Source: Candidatus Hydrogenedentota bacterium
Lineage (GTDB): Bacteria > Hydrogenedentota > Hydrogenedentia > Hydrogenedentales > SLHB01
Length of the DNA stretch: 64,000 bases
Reading direction: 5' to 3'
Assembly (NCBI GenBank): GCA_963674865.2
Contig: CAXXYE010000009.1
Location: forward strand, 576,001 to 640,000
Positions 62,559 to 64,000 of this stretch are shown one piece after another (the stretch's first letter is position 1; each line of letters starts with the position of its first letter). The notes under the pieces are model-generated. The model was not told the DNA's origin. It saw only the letters and a program-made list of their open reading frames with translations, and searched no databases. The position numbers and the translations under genes are program-made.

Positions 62559-63668
62559 CTACCAATCCGCGTTGCTACTGTCCTCGTGTGAGAGACGCGG
62601 CGTGTCCCAATCGCTCCAGGCCATGGCGCGCACCGTCGCCTCGTCCACGTCGATGCCGAGGCCCGGCCCTTCGGGGATGGACAGGCGGCCGTCGGTGATG
62701 GTGAACGGCTCCTTCAGGTAGCCTTCGCCGAGATGGCCTCGCTCCTGAATCAGGAAGTTGGGCGTGCACAGCGCAAACTGCACACACGCCGCCAGCGCCA
62801 CGGGGCCTAGCGGGCAATGGGGCGCCACGGCCATGTAGTGCGTCTCGGCCATGGCGGCGATCTTCCGCACCTCCGAGATCCCGCCCGCGTGGGCCAAGTC
62901 CGGCTGGAGGATGGCCGCGGCATCCTTCTCGATCACCTCGCGGAATCCGTGCCTGCCGTACAGGCGCTCGCCCGTGGCGATGGGTATGCTCGTTGAGCGC
63001 GCCACGTTGACGAGGGCGTCCACGTTCTCGCACTGAACCGGCTCCTCAATGAAGAAAGGCCGGAGCGGCGTCAGTACGTCCGTCATGGCAATGGACATCG
63101 CCGGCGTCACACGCCCATGGAAGTCCAAGGCCACGTCTGCGTCGCCCGCGCCTTCCCGCGCCGCCGCCACACGCGCCTCGACCTTCTTCAACACGTCCAG
63201 GCCGTCCACAATGTCCACGGCGTCCACCGGACAGAACTTCATCGCCGAGAAGCCTTCTTCCACGCGGCGGCGAGCCTGCTCCCGTATCGCCTCGGGCTCG
63301 CCGCCCCCGCAGCCGCCGTACACGCGGACGGCGTCCCGGCATGGCCCGCCGAGCAGCCGATGCACCGGCAGGCCGAGCGACTTGCCGAAGATGTCCCATA
63401 GGGCCATATCCACGCCGCTCAAGGCGCTCATCAGTACCGGCCCGCCCCGGTAGAATCCGCAGCGGTACATGGCGTCCCAATGATGCTCGATCCGGCAAGG
63501 ATCTTCGCCGACGAGCAGCCGCGCCAATTCGCCCACGGCCGCCACCTGCGTGGCGGCGTGGCCCTCGAGCGTCGCCTCGCCCCAGCCTACCATTCCCTCG
63601 TCCGTCTCGACTTTGCAGAACACCCAGCGCGGCGGAACGGGAAACGCGTCAACTTTGGTTATCTTCAT
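62559..63668 (-). CDS. dgoD: galactonate dehydratase (enolase superfamily)
   Basis: PPRW, FYRGGPVLMSA, DFHGR, FIEEP, ATGERL, APHCPLGP. Confidence 0.88.
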   Translation of the reverse strand: MKITKVDAFPVPPRWVFCKVETDEGMVGWGEATLEGHAATQVAAVGELARLLVGEDPCRIEHHWDAMYRCGFYRGGPVLMSALSGVDMALWDIFGKSLGLPVHRLLGGPCRDAVRVYGGCGGGEPEAIREQARRRVEEGFSAMKFCPVDAVDIVDGLDVLKKVEARVAAAREGAGDADVALDFHGRVTPAMSIAMTDVLTPLRPFFIEEPVQCENVDALVNVARSTSIPIATGERLYGRHGFREVIEKDAAAILQPDLAHAGGISEVRKIAAMAETHYMAVAPHCPLGPVALAACVQFALCTPNFLIQERGHLGEGYLKEPFTITDGRLSIPEGPGLGIDVDEATVRAMAWSDWDTPRLSHEDSSNADW

Positions 63669-63676
63669 GGCGGCAC

Positions 63677-64000
63677 CTACCTCTCTTCATGCGCTACATG
63701 GAACCGGAAGCGCGGCCCGAAGTGGCAGCGGCCCTTCACGAGGAAGCTCAGAATATACTCGCCGCTGCCTGCCGGAAGGGTGATTTCCTGCTTGTCCGCT
63801 TTGTCGAAGCGCGGTACGTCCCCGGGAATCGCGAAGGATGACACGCGCCCGCCGGCGTCTTCGCACGTGATCCAGACGCCGCCGGTTTCTTCGCCGCTAC
63901 GCGGAGGAAGCCAGGCGGCTTCACCGAGATTGGTGCAGGTGACGCGCAGTCTCAGCGGAGTTCCCGTTGGCAGAGTCACGTCGCCGTGATCTTCCACGTC
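63677..64000 (-). CDS. 3' end of a hypothetical protein (Ig-like C-terminal domain), truncated by the window edge
   Basis: Open frame to the edge; LRVTCTNLGEAAW; stop just upstream of dgoD. Confidence 0.6.
   Translation of the reverse strand, partial: DVEDHGDVTLPTGTPLRLRVTCTNLGEAAWLPPRSGEETGGVWITCEDAGGRVSSFAIPGDVPRFDKADKQEITLPAGSGEYILSFLVKGRCHFGPRFRFHVAHEER

Overview
GC-rich bacterial chromosomal segment; the gene mix suggests a diderm, possibly Candidatus Hydrogenedentota (unverified inference). Most of the window is housekeeping: guaB-guaA, large SRP RNA-dnaX, aspS, tatC-tatB, HU/IHF, trpE-trpG, hisF, an aroQ-pepP-efp-accB-accC-asp23-amaP run, a GT4/WecA/O-antigen-ligase block, CIRCE-hrcA-grpE-dnaK-dnaJ, hldE, ABC-F, mpl, dCMP deaminase and dgoD. 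These are interspersed with secreted carbohydrate-active or unknown proteins. No rRNA, tRNA, CRISPR array or transposase was seen. Leads worth follow-up: (1) an intact 763-aa class III ribonucleotide reductase homologue with two ATP cones that appears to lack the catalytic loop, Zn ribbon and glycyl-radical motif but carries an Hda-like clamp-binding hexapeptide (QLSLPW); (2) a separately promoted and terminated ~270-nt transcript just downstream with a 15-nt 16S-complementary ribosome-binding site and a 41-codon ORF; (3) an HU/IHF with a tail ending QQTLF; (4) a stand-alone serine-recombinase DNA-binding domain; (5) a HEPN-like orphan; (6) a recurring 25-bp TAA-N19-TTA intergenic motif; (7) a PilB/GspE with a possible internal start that would remove its MshEN domain. 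Two genes are split by single-base frameshifts in short G/C runs (pseudogenes or assembly errors). Family assignments are from recognised motifs, not database searches.
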